Origin: Entomortierella parvispora E1425
Taxonomy: Eukaryota > Fungi > Mortierellomycota
Direction: 5' to 3'
NCBI GenBank assembly: GCA_020891255.1
Contig: BQFW01000014.1
Span: forward strand, 248,001-312,000
DNA length: 64,000 nt
Positions 62,208 through 64,000 of the stretch are shown here, piece by piece; position 1 is the first letter of the stretch, and each line of letters begins with the position of its first letter. Both the position numbers and the translations under genes were made by a program. Below the pieces are notes generated by a model. That model was not told where the DNA came from. It did not search any database and saw nothing but the letters and a program-made list of their open reading frames with translations.

Positions 62208-63569
62208 AGCTGATTTTCAACAGGCCTAAGATGAGAGAAGGACATGATGATGAAGATGATAATGGGAAAAAAAGAGAAAAAAAAGTTAGTAAAGCATTCA
62301 CAAAAGAGGAAGCATGCAAACAGGGGTGAAGGAAACAGGGGTGAAGGAGTGTGTTGTGGAAAGGAAATGAGAGATAGAAACGATTCGACATACCTGAAGC
62401 TGGAAAAAGCAAGGCGTAGCAGATGGATGGGCGTGCACAGGTCCGAGAAAAGACTGCTGGCTAAGAGAGAGCAAGAGACACAAGAGAAATAATGAGTGGG
62501 TGGCATGGGGCAATAAAGATATAGAGACGGTTCGACACTTTTCAAGTGCTGCCGCGAAAGCAGTTGAGAGAGGACCATACCTTTGTTCGGGGGCAAGAGG
62601 ACTTGTGTCAAGCGCGAGGGCAAGAGAGGAAACAGGGCGTCGAGCGCATGGGCAAGAAAGCAGACGGGGCTTCGAGCGGAAAGACAGCTTGCTTGTAGGA
62701 AGGCAGACGAGTCGAGCGACTAGTGATGGAAAGGGCGGGGAGGAGGAAGGAGGAAGGAGGAAGGGTAATAAATGGGGCGTTATTTCCAAGCAGTGCTGTG
62801 GGGGGGGAGGGAAGTGTGTATGTATGTGGGTGAGGGTGAGGAGGAATGGTGAAGTATCATACCTGAGGTCAGAGAAATATCCAATGTAAACGCTGCTGGC
62901 GAAAGATGGAGGCGATGGCAGCAGCGATGATGGTATTCTCTGGAAGGGGGTGCAGTATTCTCAAGTTGAACGCTTAAGCAAGACGAGCGAAGCAAAGAGA
63001 GAGCAAGGAACAAAAACAGAGAGAGGGAGGGTACATCTTATATTGAAAAAACATGGTCATGGTCAAGCGAATGCGACGGAGCCAGTGTTGGCACAGAAAA
63101 TTAAATAGAAACAATATAGGGAGAGGCGTGCCCTCATGTCCAGGTGGTCGGTACATCCCCCATGTCTGCTCTCTCTCTCCCTCTCTCGCCTGGATCACAG
63201 CGAAATGAGTGAGGACGGCAAGCGAGTGTATTCAGAGCCAGGATGACTGGCAGAGAGGATAACTGACATGTCCACCATAGGGCTGCCTCGAAGCTTCTTG
63301 AGAGAAACCCTCGCTGAGATCAACGGTTTTGACCCAAATGGATCCGACCATTTTGTGAGACGCAGTCGGACGGACGCCTTTGTCTTTCAGCAATCGGCCA
63401 GACACGAGGCAAAGAGGCTGACCGGGTTACAGACACCTCTGACAATAATGCCTCAGGGAGCGAGGAGGGCTGAGCAGCCAGGTCATTGACCTTATTGGTC
63501 TGTGAAAAGGTCTGTGGAAGAAGGGAATGGCCTGTGCGTTCTTGAAGGCGGACTCACCGAATGACTGAA

Positions 63570-64000
63570 AAGGGGGTGCAAAAATGACATCGCGTGATCA
63601 CGTGCAAAGAGAAAAGACAAAAGCGAACGCGCTCCTTCCTTTCATTCCATTTCTTCTTCACCTTTGCACTCATTCCGTCCTGCCCCCCTTACCTCACCTT
63701 TGATTGCCACACTACCTCCGCAGACACCGCTTGCTGCATTCTCTCACAACCCGTACATGGAAGCGAAAAAGACTTGGGTTCTCATGTTGTTTCATTGTTG
63801 CATGTCGCGTTTGCTTTGTTTGCTCTGTTATTTTGTTGTTGTTATTGCCCAAGTCTTTTGCACCCCTCTTGTCAGTCACTGCATCCTCTTACCCCCTTCC
63901 CCAGTGCGCCTCGACAGGGCACCATAGTCTACACCCTCGACTTGAGTCGGCTGCATGTCAGGATTCGAAGCTTTGGCCGGGAGGCTGGGGGTACCACGAC
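63570..64000 (+). repeat. Dispersed direct repeat, copy 2 (runs off window end)
   Basis: Colinear with 59650-60075; offset about 3923 bp (E-box CACGTG at 59676 vs 63599). Confidence 0.92.

Noticed and set aside
60003-63263. 13-bp inverted match GTTATCCTCTCTG (60003-60015 and 63251-63263) as possible transposon terminal inverted repeats
   Set aside because: The match does not extend, I saw no target-site duplication or transposase, and a 13-mer match within a few kb is plausible by chance.

Overview
Eukaryotic fungal genomic DNA: gene-dense, about 50% GC, with short GT-AG introns. It is most likely Mortierellaceae (Mortierellomycotina); this is inferred from the CotH paralogues, the F-box/LRR-type proteins and the intron style. 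Minus-strand genes in the left part are a TM2-domain protein, a Cid1-like nucleotidyltransferase, a Myb/SANT-like protein, CCT5, RAD50, THOC1/HPR1, BCP1, CAC2, a split-LITAF protein, a NUP42/Amo1-like nucleoporin, two CotH kinases and NRK1, interrupted only by RPS23 (+). The right part holds a third CotH (+), MHR1/mL67, a Rim4/Msa1-like RRM protein, tRNA-Lys(CTT), an alpha/beta hydrolase, ARG2 and a RUD3-like golgin. It ends in a decaying accessory region with a small secreted protein, F-box/LRR remnants and a direct repeat spaced about 3.9 kb apart. The most distinctive signal is a three-gene CotH cluster. All three genes share a phase-1 intron right after the signal peptide, and the two expanded versions of that intron each carry three copies of CACACGACC. 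The ACGACC core also recurs in the CotH promoters and upstream of the Rim4-like gene, suggesting a possible shared cis-regulatory system. Gene models were spliced by eye and no database searches were run.
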